Shown: positions 16,597-26,636, counted from the stretch's first letter. The stretch is DNA of 32,000 nt from Escherichia coli O145 str. RM9872 (GCF_003586065.1 NZ_CP028379.1), one strand, 5' to 3'. Made by a program: numbers and translations. The notes: generated by a model not told the origin, from the sequence alone.

Positions 16597-18279
16597 TTAG
16601 ACGAAACGATGGGATCCCGGCGCTGGTGGGTTATTCGAAGTATTCACAGCGCTATTACTCCCCCCCGTTAATCCTCCCATGTCATGGCGTAATCCACCAC
16701 TTAGCGCCAGACGCGCATAAGTGCTTTGAATCCCCGCACTTGGATTTCCTAATAACCGTGCGCCGTTATCAGTAGTATCCCGGGGAGGATGTTGAATGGT
16801 GCTATATACAACAGAATCTGTATTCCCCATATTCTGAACAGACGTATTAGAATTAGAAGTCGGCACCTGCGAATCATGCAGCGATGTTTTAACATCAGCA
16901 TACGGATTCTGCACGGTCCCTATGCTGGAAGTGTCAAAGAAAGTCGACGAGGTGCTAGCCATCGAGCTACGTCTGCTCTCCATGGTATCTTCTGACCCAG
17001 GGGTATCTACATTGCCCTGTGCAGGTGTATTATTTGCAGGCTTATTCTCTACCGTACGTGCGCTTGTAGTTGTAGTAGTAGTTGTTGTTGTTTGTTCTAC
17101 CGGCTGATTTTTTCGATGAAGCGCAGCGGTGACGGCAACACCAATTCCCCCACCAAGAATCAATGCGCCACTAAGACCGTAGCCAGCCCCCGATGAAACT
17201 TTCAGCTCCTCCTGGCGTTTAGCTTGTTGTTCATCATATTTTTTTTGCGCCTGAGCATTATTTTCAATGGCTTGCTGTTTGGCCTCTTCGCCTGCTGCTT
17301 TAGCCTGCTCTTCTATATTCGCAACAACATCATCTTTCAATACCCCTGACGGAATCGCATTTCCGAGCTCATCGATATTAACTTTTTGATTATCTGGGTT
17401 CTGGAACGCTTCTTTCGTTAACTGATCTCTTGTCGCAGTTTCAGTTGCACTTGCAGCTGCATCAGGGTCGGTCGTGGTTGGGCTATCCGGCTCCGGCGTC
17501 AATGCAAGCGCCTGTACAATACCCGTCGCCGCCAACCCTATCAGACCTGTAGCAACAGTCCCCAACGCCAACCAAAGTTTAGGATCTGAACGAAGGCTGG
17601 AAGTTGAGGTTGAAGTTGAGGTTGAGGTCTGAGTTTCTGTGGTGTTTTCCGCACCGCTATTTGACTCCCTCAACTCCCCAACGCCTTTTGACTCCCCAGC
17701 ACCTTTGGACTCCCCGGTCCCTTTGGGCTCTAACAGCTCCAGTATCCTTTGGCGGGCTTCCGTGATATCTGAAGCAACGGTGACCATAGCATGCCCAGCA
17801 CCACCACGGCCTCCAGTAAATACAAATTTGTCTTTACCTTCAGGATCAATGGACTGCAAGCGAGCGTACTCTTGATCACTTAAAACAACAGAGGTCTCAA
17901 CACCATTCCTCTGACCGACAGCAATATGTTTACCATCTTCCTGAGTTTCAACTCGAAATACCGAAGAGCCAATCTGCCTGTTAAGAGTATCGAGCGGACC
18001 ATGATCATGAAGAACTTCAAATCCATCATTCAGTGTTATCTCAGACGCCGCCAGGCGCATCGGATTTACAGGAAGTCCAGGAACATCACTGGCACGATTG
18101 TCGCCAGAATCAGCCATAGAATTCCTTACAGGCGTAAATAGCGCACGAGATCCCAACGGCCCCGTAGAGTTAATGAGCTGACCACGCCCCCCTGCACCGT
18201 CGGTTTGTGAAGGTAATGGAGGTGCAGGAGGAATTGAATTATTCACATTGGGATTATGACCAAGATTACCAATAGGCAT
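16597..18279 (-). CDS. tir: Translocated intimin receptor Tir (EHEC NPY type)
   Basis: 560 aa 'MPIGNLGHNPNVNNSIPPAPPLPSQTDGAGGRGQLINSTGPLGSRALF...'; two TM segments, 'NPYADV' motif. Confidence 0.98.
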   Translation of the reverse strand: MPIGNLGHNPNVNNSIPPAPPLPSQTDGAGGRGQLINSTGPLGSRALFTPVRNSMADSGDNRASDVPGLPVNPMRLAASEITLNDGFEVLHDHGPLDTLNRQIGSSVFRVETQEDGKHIAVGQRNGVETSVVLSDQEYARLQSIDPEGKDKFVFTGGRGGAGHAMVTVASDITEARQRILELLEPKGTGESKGAGESKGVGELRESNSGAENTTETQTSTSTSTSTSSLRSDPKLWLALGTVATGLIGLAATGIVQALALTPEPDSPTTTDPDAAASATETATRDQLTKEAFQNPDNQKVNIDELGNAIPSGVLKDDVVANIEEQAKAAGEEAKQQAIENNAQAQKKYDEQQAKRQEELKVSSGAGYGLSGALILGGGIGVAVTAALHRKNQPVEQTTTTTTTTTSARTVENKPANNTPAQGNVDTPGSEDTMESRRSSMASTSSTFFDTSSIGTVQNPYADVKTSLHDSQVPTSNSNTSVQNMGNTDSVVYSTIQHPPRDTTDNGARLLGNPSAGIQSTYARLALSGGLRHDMGGLTGGSNSAVNTSNNPPAPGSHRFV

Positions 18280-18702
18280 AAATATCTCCTTTTTATTTTA
18301 TGTAAATAGATAACAATCCTTTATTTTGCTATTACATAATAATGTATGGTATACAGCACGTAGTCGATAAACGGCTGAACATGACATCGACCAAATAAAT
18401 CACAATCTGATTTTTGATGCAAGAAAATAATGTGCTAAAAACACACATCGGGTCACAAAATAAAAATAATTATATTATATAAAAGTAAACACCACGTGAA
18501 ATCTTAATAAAACATTTCATAAATAAAATTGCAGCAAACATTCACTTATATTAAAAAACACAGCCAAAGAAAACCAATTAAGCAAACTATAAATCTTAAT
18601 TAATAATAAAGTTTATTAAGTTTCTTTATCGCGTTTTTTCTTACATCAACAAAGGCCATGCTATACACCAGGAAGCTTAATTTATACCTGACAAGGTTAT
18701 CC

Positions 18703-19314
18703 CTACAATCGGGTATCCTGTACATGCTCTAAAATCGCATTCTGAGTAATCGCTTTTATCTCACTGACTTTGAAGCCGCTAAAGTTGCGTTCAAATATTT
18801 CTTGTGAGACTTGTTCTATCATCTTCGTCTGGGTGTTAAAACGTGTTATTGGATCCACTCTTTTGCCGCACTGCTCATCAACTTTCTGATTAAAGTATTT
18901 ATTGGACTGCAAGAAGTGACCAATTGATGATTGTGCCCCGTTCATATCAAGAGGTTGCTGTAACGCATTTTCAACAGCTCTAAAAATGTGACCTTTAGTC
19001 TCCTTACTAATGACCGAATTATTACTCCTGCAATAGTCATCCAGAGTTCTATTTACTGTTCTGGATATATAAGTCGTCTGCTCCTGCTGGAACCATTGTT
19101 GGGTATCGCCATTACGAGTTTGTTTGGCTACAGCCTGCAGGAGTTGGTTAGTCAGTTTGCCATGATTAATCACAAAGTTCGACTGCACGGGCATGAACCT
19201 CATACCCGTGGCTCCCGTACCCGCTTGCATTGCAGCTCTGGTAACCGCAGGTCTAAGCGTCTGTGCAGTCGCCTGAACTAACGATCTGCCTGCCATTGTC
19301 ATTGGACTAAACAT
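18703..19314 (-). CDS. map: T3SS effector Map (WxxxE-family GEF)
   Basis: 203 aa; 'QQWFQQEQ' contains WxxxE; C-terminal PDZ ligand 'DTRL'. Confidence 0.96.
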   Translation of the reverse strand: MFSPMTMAGRSLVQATAQTLRPAVTRAAMQAGTGATGMRFMPVQSNFVINHGKLTNQLLQAVAKQTRNGDTQQWFQQEQTTYISRTVNRTLDDYCRSNNSVISKETKGHIFRAVENALQQPLDMNGAQSSIGHFLQSNKYFNQKVDEQCGKRVDPITRFNTQTKMIEQVSQEIFERNFSGFKVSEIKAITQNAILEHVQDTRL

Positions 19315-19579
19315 ACCATAAACCTTTATAAATTATATTTCGACAGTAAAACAATTGCTTCCCATTAAAAAATAACTTTAAAGAATAATTATCTTGTATT
19401 TATATTTGAATTATCCTCCGGCCTTATCTACAGGTAGTTGCACTACATTTATCATATGCTATCATGAATATGCAACACTATTCCCGTAATCTTATATCTA
19501 CGCCTTATTATTTGTATCAGAACTCTCGGATTAATTACGTTTGAGTATATCAACATGAAAAGAATGGCAGGACTACAAT

Positions 19580-19963
19580 ATGAATGAGAAATTTCGCACA
19601 GACCTTGCACATACGTTTGGGATAGCTCTTGAAGAGCAAACTGACGTGCTCTCTTTCCACGATAACGATGGCCATGAATGGATACTGGAGTGTGCATCTC
19701 AATCTGAAATTCTGTTTTTTTATTGTTATTTATTGAATAGCGAATCAATACAGATTAATTCAATACTTGAAATGAATAGCAATCGAGAACTGCTCGGTAT
19801 GTTTTTCCTGTCATTAAAAGATGACAACATTCTTTTAAATATTGCATTTCCTGCAGATAAAATTGATATTACAGAGTTTGCTAATTTAATGGAAAATGGT
19901 TATCTATTAAAGAATGAGGTAATTAGATCCTTGTCTTCCAGACCTACAGATTTTTTACCTTGA
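19580..19963 (+). CDS. cesF: EspF chaperone CesF
   Basis: 127 aa, CesT-family-like small acidic protein between map and espH. Confidence 0.9.
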   Translation: MNEKFRTDLAHTFGIALEEQTDVLSFHDNDGHEWILECASQSEILFFYCYLLNSESIQINSILEMNSNRELLGMFFLSLKDDNILLNIAFPADKIDITEFANLMENGYLLKNEVIRSLSSRPTDFLP

Positions 19964-20160
19964 TAATTTCTGCGCTGGATGGGATCATCCATTCCGTTTA
20001 ACATACTCTTCATCACAGGGACCTCTGATTTCTGGCCGCTAACGTCTCTGAAGATTCAGCCTGTATTATCTAAAAGCAATGTAATATCAGTTAAAAAGCG
20101 GAAAAACTCCAGAATTATAACTATTCTGGAGTTAAGTCAGGAAGAAAACTCAAATGCTAA

Positions 20161-20667
20161 TCATAATACGCTATAAGAGGAAGCTCTTGTTGCTATAGCC
20201 CTATTATCAAGACGTTCGGTAGACTGTACACGACGTAACAAAGAAGATAATCCTCTTTCAGCTAAGATCCCCTCCAGGGGAGTACGAGGAAACCAGGTTG
20301 AAGAAAGTGGAGTTATATGTCTCTCATTTAATTTTCTTTCCAAAGCCTTAGTCACACCGCCAGAAAACACGCTAAATAGCGTTGAGAAACATCCATTTTC
20401 CGGTGTTATTCTTTGTACTTTGTACACATAATCATCTTTTGGGCCATCTTTAATAAAGTGAACAGCATAGTCTTTGCCTCTAAAAGAGACAATGGTGGAA
20501 TCCCCTATTTCTGGATATACCCGATGATGGCGTTGTTGCATTCGGGCTTTAAGCTGAATTTCATCTACGATATCTTCATTGGGTATATGAAGCCTTCTGT
20601 TGAACCTGTTCCATGACGCATGTTCACTTGTCAGAAATGTCTTGAATACCGCTCCTGATAACGACAT
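20161..20667 (-). CDS. espH: T3SS effector EspH
   Basis: 168 aa 'MSLSGAVFKTFLTSEHASWNRFNRRLHIPNEDIVDEIQLKARMQQRHHRVYPEIG...'. Confidence 0.95.
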   Translation of the reverse strand: MSLSGAVFKTFLTSEHASWNRFNRRLHIPNEDIVDEIQLKARMQQRHHRVYPEIGDSTIVSFRGKDYAVHFIKDGPKDDYVYKVQRITPENGCFSTLFSVFSGGVTKALERKLNERHITPLSSTWFPRTPLEGILAERGLSSLLRRVQSTERLDNRAIATRASSYSVL

Positions 20668-20697
20668 GATACATCTCCCTATATAACGTATTCCTGA

Positions 20698-21615
20698 TTA
20701 ATCACATACTATGCTAACAGTAAAATAAAAATCTTCGTTGATTTTTACAATACTCCCGTATGCTATCGTCTTATTATTGCGTATTAACTGACAACCACCA
20801 AAAAGATGGTATCCATCTGAATTAATAATGTCATCTTTTTTAACATTACGCAACATGTGTATATCAATATGGACTGTACCGATCGCACAATAAATGCGAT
20901 TCATGACAGTCTCATTGCTAAGAGCAGATAACAGATCCGCAGCCAGAACATCCGTGACAGATAAATTATTATCACTCAGATTTACTGTTGCTAAAGGGGT
21001 ATTAATAACAATCCAGCACCTTCTCTCTTGACTATCATCAACATGATAGAGTCTCAGACTATCACCAACTCTCAACTCTGTAACTGGATAATCAGTCCAC
21101 CCAGGTACGATATAGCCATCAAAAAAAAGAGCATTAGAATGTGGAACAAATTGCCAATTATCATTAATCAGATATTGTAAACTTTGTACCGTTGTTTCGA
21201 GTATAATTACATTAAGTCTGTTTTCTCCATTATTATTTTCTATTACCGGATAAATATCTTTATTTAGCATCGTAAATTGAACATCATCAACTGACACATC
21301 ACCTTCCGGTAAGGCAGTCTGCATTACCCATAAGATCATGAGTTTTATCGTATCTTCCGGTATCAGCCGGCTTTCGCTATACGGGAATAACTCTTGGCAC
21401 CACTGAATGAACTGTTCTTCTGATATCCAGAAACGCCCCTCATAGCCCGAGTATGTCAACGTGAAACGAATACCATGACCGCTGACCTCACGAAAATATG
21501 CATGGCAAGCATGACCTTTGGACGTAATATAGAGGCGACCGGTTCCGATAACTGGCAACAACGGCAAATAAAAATCGTTAATTTTCATATTCAATTGTGA
21601 ACTCAATGGCTTCAT
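20698..21615 (-). CDS. sepQ: T3SS C-ring protein EscQ (SepQ)
   Basis: 305 aa; C-terminal SPOA-like domain 'GTVHIDIHMLRNVKKDDIINSDGYHLFGGCQLIRNNKTIAYGSIVKINEDFYFTV'. Confidence 0.93.
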   Translation of the reverse strand: MKPLSSQLNMKINDFYLPLLPVIGTGRLYITSKGHACHAYFREVSGHGIRFTLTYSGYEGRFWISEEQFIQWCQELFPYSESRLIPEDTIKLMILWVMQTALPEGDVSVDDVQFTMLNKDIYPVIENNNGENRLNVIILETTVQSLQYLINDNWQFVPHSNALFFDGYIVPGWTDYPVTELRVGDSLRLYHVDDSQERRCWIVINTPLATVNLSDNNLSVTDVLAADLLSALSNETVMNRIYCAIGTVHIDIHMLRNVKKDDIINSDGYHLFGGCQLIRNNKTIAYGSIVKINEDFYFTVSIVCD

Positions 21616-21994
21616 CAGGAAAGATTTCTTTTAACTTATCGAAAACATAGTCTTTTTTATGATATAAAAAAACATGATTTCTATTATTTGGGCTTACTTT
21701 AATAGACAGATAAATGATTCCGTTACTACATTTAATTGTTAAAACAATTCCTCGTAATCTTCCACAAAGAATACTAAACGAGTGCTCCCCTTCTTCAAAG
21801 TAGCGTCGTCTTCGGCCCGAGGAGTAAAACAATCTCTTCCATAAAGAAGCCATTCGTATGAACAACGTATCAGGCGATCTTTTTTTTATATGATAAAAAA
21901 TATCATTAAAACTTTCTTCTCCTTGCGGCCAATCATCTGATGGCCGAAAAGAAACAGGCTCTATCAAATTTCTTTTTAGAGAAACTCTAGTCAA
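21578..21994 (-). CDS. escP: T3SS needle-length regulator EscP (Orf16)
   Basis: 138 aa between escO and sepQ. Confidence 0.88.
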   Translation of the reverse strand: MTRVSLKRNLIEPVSFRPSDDWPQGEESFNDIFYHIKKRSPDTLFIRMASLWKRLFYSSGRRRRYFEEGEHSFSILCGRLRGIVLTIKCSNGIIYLSIKVSPNNRNHVFLYHKKDYVFDKLKEIFPDEAIEFTIEYEN

Positions 21995-22364
21995 AGTAAT
22001 GTTCCTTTATGGCAAAAGATAATTTTTCTACTGATTTATTAACATGTTGCAGATTCTCTTTTGTTCGTTTTTGTGAATCTAGCAATGAACGCTTTTCCTT
22101 CGAAAGTGAAGATTTTTTCTCATACAATCGCTGCTTTTGCTCATCAAATGCATTGTTTTTAATCTGATATTTATACAACGACACTTTATCCAAATTCACC
22201 AGCGATGCACAATATGCCTGCTTAGAGGCAATCGACTCTTTAATGGATTGCTCGCAGTCATCGAGTTTACCATCCACCTCTTTTATCTGAGAGTTAATCT
22301 TAGCCATTGATTCTCTCAATCGGTTCGCTCTGCTTTTACGAATAGATAAAATTCTGTCCAACAT
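21987..22364 (-). CDS. escO: T3SS stalk protein EscO (Orf15)
   Basis: 125-aa coiled-coil protein downstream of escN. Confidence 0.9.
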   Translation of the reverse strand: MLDRILSIRKSRANRLRESMAKINSQIKEVDGKLDDCEQSIKESIASKQAYCASLVNLDKVSLYKYQIKNNAFDEQKQRLYEKKSSLSKEKRSLLDSQKRTKENLQHVNKSVEKLSFAIKEHYFD

Positions 22365-22366
22365 AC

Positions 22367-23707
22367 TCAGGCAACCACTTTGAATAGGCTTTCAATCGTT
22401 TTTTCGTAACTACTGATATCTTTGGTGCTTTGTTGTATAAAGTTCTGAATTAATTTCCTATTTTTTATTGCCTTATCTGCTTCAGGATCTTGCCCCATCG
22501 TGTACTCACCAATACGAATAAGCAGCTCAACATTTTTATAAGTTGCAATAAGCTTTTTGCATTCTGCCGCCGCACGCAAATGCTCCGATGTAACAACGTT
22601 ATGCATAACACGACTGGCACTTAAACCAATATCAATTGCAGGGAAATGGTTTTCCTCTGCAAGTTCTCGGGTAAGTACGATGTGCCCATCAAGAATAGAG
22701 CGGACTTCATCGCCAATAGGATCATTAACATTATCGCTTTCTAACAACACCGTATAAATCGCGGTTATTGAACCTTTTGGCGCAGGCCCCGCTCGCTCTA
22801 ATAATTTGGGTAACGAAGAAAAAACACTCGGAGGGAATCCCCCCCTTACATCAGGTTCTCCCGATGCAAGCCCAACATCACGTGCGGCTCGGGCATAACG
22901 AGTTACAGAATCCATCATTAATAATACATTTTTACCTTGATCGCGGAAGTACTCTGCAATAGTCGTCGCCGTAAATGCGGCTTTCATCCTTTCCAGCGCG
23001 GGGCGGTCTGACGTTGTGACGACCAGTACACATTTAGAAAGCGTGGATTGAGGTAAGAGCGCGAGGAATTCATTTACTTCGCGACCACGTTCGCCGATAA
23101 GAGCAAGGACAATAATATCTGCGGATGCGCCATTACAAATCATCCCCAAAAGCGTACTTTTACCAACGCCTGAACCAGCAAAAATACCGATACGCTGCCC
23201 AATACCGCAAGTTAGTAGCCCATCAATTGCCCTGACGCCAAGTATAAATGGCTGATCAATAACCTGCCTTAATAAAGGATCTGGTGGTTCAGCATACAAG
23301 CTGCGTTCAAACGGAAGATAGGGGGCAGCAATATTACTCTCCATTGGTCTGCCTATGCCATCAACAAGCCGCCCAAGTAGTGCGTCTCCAACACGAATCT
23401 TGAACTCATCTCCCTGATAACTTAACCACTGACCACAGTACATGCCGGAAACATGCTCAAAAGGCAACAAGAAAACCTCATCTTCATCAATAGCGATCAC
23501 CTCGGCTAAACGTTGACTGGGTTCTATCTTATAAAAGGCGCCAATACGCGCTTTTGGTAAACGCGCCTTAATAATCGTCCCGCCGATATTGATAATCTTG
23601 CCTTCATATCTGGTAGACGAATTTAATGATAATGCCGGCACAGTGCTATTGAGCACTTTCTGAATACGTGGGTATTTTTCCAATACAGAATCATGCTCTG
23701 AAATCAT
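22367..23707 (-). CDS. escN: T3SS ATPase EscN
   Basis: 446 aa; Walker A 'GIFAGSGVGKSTLLGM', 'ALIGERGREVNEFL', Walker B 'NVLLMMDSVTRYARAARD'. Confidence 0.98.
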   Translation of the reverse strand: MISEHDSVLEKYPRIQKVLNSTVPALSLNSSTRYEGKIINIGGTIIKARLPKARIGAFYKIEPSQRLAEVIAIDEDEVFLLPFEHVSGMYCGQWLSYQGDEFKIRVGDALLGRLVDGIGRPMESNIAAPYLPFERSLYAEPPDPLLRQVIDQPFILGVRAIDGLLTCGIGQRIGIFAGSGVGKSTLLGMICNGASADIIVLALIGERGREVNEFLALLPQSTLSKCVLVVTTSDRPALERMKAAFTATTIAEYFRDQGKNVLLMMDSVTRYARAARDVGLASGEPDVRGGFPPSVFSSLPKLLERAGPAPKGSITAIYTVLLESDNVNDPIGDEVRSILDGHIVLTRELAEENHFPAIDIGLSASRVMHNVVTSEHLRAAAECKKLIATYKNVELLIRIGEYTMGQDPEADKAIKNRKLIQNFIQQSTKDISSYEKTIESLFKVVA

Positions 23708-25718
23708 TTACCGTTCCTAATACTTTAAGTTCGATATTATTCCCAACCTCCTGAAAAGAGAGCACGGGGACTGACGGGAACGAACCTTCAATCATTTTCT
23801 TCACATAGCGCCTGATATCTAAAGCGGTCAGAATGACGCCGTTCCCCGTTGGATTCATGATATTTTTTAAGAAGCCAATTATCTGCTCAGTTCGCTCCGG
23901 TGAGATATTCAGATACGAACCTGATGACGTTTGTCTGATCGACTCTCGTAGCTCATTTTCAATATCAGAGCCAATAAGCCAAACGTTCAGAAGTGTACCG
24001 CTAACGCTATAGCGACCTAAAATATGCCGACGCAGGGCAATACGAACGTATTCGCACAAGATAACCACATCCTTTTCTTTTGTTGACCAAAAAATAAGCG
24101 TCTCAAAGATAGTTCTCAGGTCTCTAATTGAGACATTTTCCTCTACGAGACGTTGTAGGATGTCAACAATTTTGCTCAAACCAAGCTGGCGCTGCAGCTC
24201 TTTCACAAGCTCGTTATATTTTCTCTCCATGATGTCCATCAAATAACGCGTTTCTTGTACGCCGATGAACTCTTTGGCATTAGACAATACAAGTTTCTTT
24301 AGCAAAAACGTTATCTTATCATTTGTTGTTGCATAAACATCCATACCTGTAAGGTGAGCGAGCTGTTGATTAGTCTTATTCGTCTTATATACGATAGAGT
24401 TAGTCGAAAGCTTTTCCTGGACAAATTCGAATGATATCTCTGCATGCCCAGCCTCAAAATAGACAGTATCATCTATAAGAGTATCTTTGTATATTGACTC
24501 TTGATAGAGCAAAAATTCTATTGCGCTATCATTATTTTTAACCGGATTAACAATAATCTTAGGCAATGGAATTCCACTTTCCTCAAAGAAATTCCAACGC
24601 ATGACCTCAATTTGCTGTGTAATGTCTGAACTATAAATATTACTACTTAAGTTTAAAATCAATGGCTCAGCGCCCGGTGAGATGTTTTGGCTATTAGACA
24701 AATCAGCTCCCATAGCATCCTTATTATTGCCAGTTCCAAATGTTCTTTTCTTCTGTAATTTCCAGGCTATCCCCAACAGGCAAACCGCCAGAAATAAGAA
24801 GACCAATGTAGGAAAGCCCGGAATAATCGCCATTACGAGCATTAGTGCGGCACTGATTAAAAAAGGGCGACTATTAACAGAAACCTGTTGAACAATATCA
24901 CCTGCAAGGTTTTCTTCTTTTTCGCTTTCACCGGGCACACGAGTAACAACCACGCCCGCGGTGACAGAAATAATAAGCGCAGGGATCTGGGCAACCAAAG
25001 CATCACCGACAGACAATACAGAAAACAGGCTAAGTGCCGCACTAAATGGCATGTCAAATTGCCACATACCAATGAGCACGCCACCAAAAAGGTTAACTAA
25101 AACAATAATGATACCAGCAATAGCGTCCCCTTTTACAAACTTCATCGCCCCGTCCATTGAACCATAAAACTGGCTTTCCTTTTGCACTCGGGAGCGAAGA
25201 ACTTTTGCCTCAAGCGGGTCAATAACGCCTGCGCGCATATCACCATCAATACTCATTTGCTTTCCTGGCATACCATCAAGGGAAAAACGAGCACTCACTT
25301 CAGCAACACGCTCGGCCCCTTTTGTAATAACCATAAATTGAACAATGGTGATAATAGTAAAAATAACCAGGCCAACAACAATATTACCGCCAACAACAAA
25401 GTTACCGAAGGAGTAAATAATGTCACCCGCATCGTGATGCAGCAGAATAAGTCTGGTTGTACTAACACTGAGCGACAGGCGCATCAACGTCGTAATCAAC
25501 AGGATTGTGGGGAAAGAAGTTAGTTCAAGAGGATTTTTTATATAGATTGAGAGCATTAATAAAAGTAAAGCTGTCGAAATATTAATCGCGATAATGATAT
25601 CCACCACAACTGTTGGTAGTGGAATAATCATCATCATTACAGCCATAAAGAAGAAGAGAGCCAGAATAAGATCGTGATATGACTCTGCTTTTTTAAATAT
25701 ATTTAAGAGTTTATTCAT
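23691..25718 (-). CDS. escV: T3SS export gate protein EscV
   Basis: 675 aa; multi-TM N-terminus and FHIPEP-family signature 'ARFSLDGMPGKQMSIDGDMRAGVI'. Confidence 0.98.
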   Translation of the reverse strand: MNKLLNIFKKAESYHDLILALFFFMAVMMMIIPLPTVVVDIIIAINISTALLLLMLSIYIKNPLELTSFPTILLITTLMRLSLSVSTTRLILLHHDAGDIIYSFGNFVVGGNIVVGLVIFTIITIVQFMVITKGAERVAEVSARFSLDGMPGKQMSIDGDMRAGVIDPLEAKVLRSRVQKESQFYGSMDGAMKFVKGDAIAGIIIVLVNLFGGVLIGMWQFDMPFSAALSLFSVLSVGDALVAQIPALIISVTAGVVVTRVPGESEKEENLAGDIVQQVSVNSRPFLISAALMLVMAIIPGFPTLVFLFLAVCLLGIAWKLQKKRTFGTGNNKDAMGADLSNSQNISPGAEPLILNLSSNIYSSDITQQIEVMRWNFFEESGIPLPKIIVNPVKNNDSAIEFLLYQESIYKDTLIDDTVYFEAGHAEISFEFVQEKLSTNSIVYKTNKTNQQLAHLTGMDVYATTNDKITFLLKKLVLSNAKEFIGVQETRYLMDIMERKYNELVKELQRQLGLSKIVDILQRLVEENVSIRDLRTIFETLIFWSTKEKDVVILCEYVRIALRRHILGRYSVSGTLLNVWLIGSDIENELRESIRQTSSGSYLNISPERTEQIIGFLKNIMNPTGNGVILTALDIRRYVKKMIEGSFPSVPVLSFQEVGNNIELKVLGTVNDFRA

Positions 25719-26068
25719 GATGTCATCCTGCGAACGCGCTCAATAATCTGCACATGCTGTTGAAAAGTATTCATTAGAAAAAAAACATCGATATTGGTTA
25801 ACAAACAACTTAAGCACAATTTATTATCGTAGACAAAAATATGTTCAATCACTCCCTGCGTACGCTCAGGAGCAAGGGCACTAAAGAAAGAGAAAAATGC
25901 GTTTTCGTTATACTCTAAAGCAAACGTAACAAAAACATTATTATCAATTATTTCAATAAAAAAAGAAAACCCATTAAAATCAATTTCAACACGGTTATCA
26001 AATAAATAAAAATCATTTCCCAATAATCTTAAAAACTCTTCAACGTTTCTTTTAACTAAAAGATTCAT
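25715..26068 (-). CDS. mpc: T3SS regulator/chaperone Orf12 (Mpc/CesL)
   Basis: 117 aa, first gene of LEE3, overlaps the escV start by 4 bp. Confidence 0.85.
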   Translation of the reverse strand: MNLLVKRNVEEFLRLLGNDFYLFDNRVEIDFNGFSFFIEIIDNNVFVTFALEYNENAFFSFFSALAPERTQGVIEHIFVYDNKLCLSCLLTNIDVFFLMNTFQQHVQIIERVRRMTS

Positions 26069-26253
26069 CTGCAGGCTCTGAAGTAAGTATACGTGTGAAT
26101 ATTATTGCTTGAAAAAGCGTATTGGATAATATATACAGTATATGTACTTTATGTACATTGCAACTATATTAAATAATATAATAGTTGCCTATGGGATAAT
26201 TTGGTTATTTATAACCAAGTAAATGTCTAAATTAGACAAAAGGAGAAAGATCA
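26069..26253. promoter_or_regulatory. Divergent LEE2/LEE3 promoter region (espZ / mpc)
   Basis: AT-rich intergenic region between divergently oriented operon-first genes; Ler-regulated divergent promoters are established for this LEE interval. Confidence 0.7.
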
Positions 26254-26553
26254 ATGGAAGCAGCAAATTTAAGTCCTTCTGGTGCAGTAATGCCGCTGGC
26301 GACCTCACTCAGTGGAAATAACTCAGTGGATGAGAAGACAGGAGTGATTAAACCAGAAAATGGAACAAATCGCACCGTTAGAGTTATAGCCGGATTAGCA
26401 CTTACCACTACGGCTCTGGCAGCTCTAGGTACAGGTATTGCAGCGGCATGCTCGGAGACGAGCAGCACAGAATACTTAGCCCTGGGTATTACTTCTGGTG
26501 TACTAGGTACTCTTACTGCGGTTGGCGGTGCATTAGCGATGAAATATGCCTAA
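26254..26553 (+). CDS. espZ: T3SS effector EspZ (SepZ)
   Basis: 99 aa; two hydrophobic segments; first gene of LEE2. Confidence 0.94.
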   Translation: MEAANLSPSGAVMPLATSLSGNNSVDEKTGVIKPENGTNRTVRVIAGLALTTTALAALGTGIAAACSETSSTEYLALGITSGVLGTLTAVGGALAMKYA

Positions 26554-26636
26554 CCGGCCCATCGCATAAATAAAAGATAGAGGTAATGGATGTATTATGC
26601 CCTTGCCTCTTTCATAAAAAGAGGCTAACAGTAAAT

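Noticed and set aside
26554-26636. Candidate terminator between espZ and escI (AGAGGTAA...TTGCCTCTT)
   Set aside because: Weak, interrupted pairing without a convincing stem and T-tract; the genes are established as co-transcribed in LEE2.
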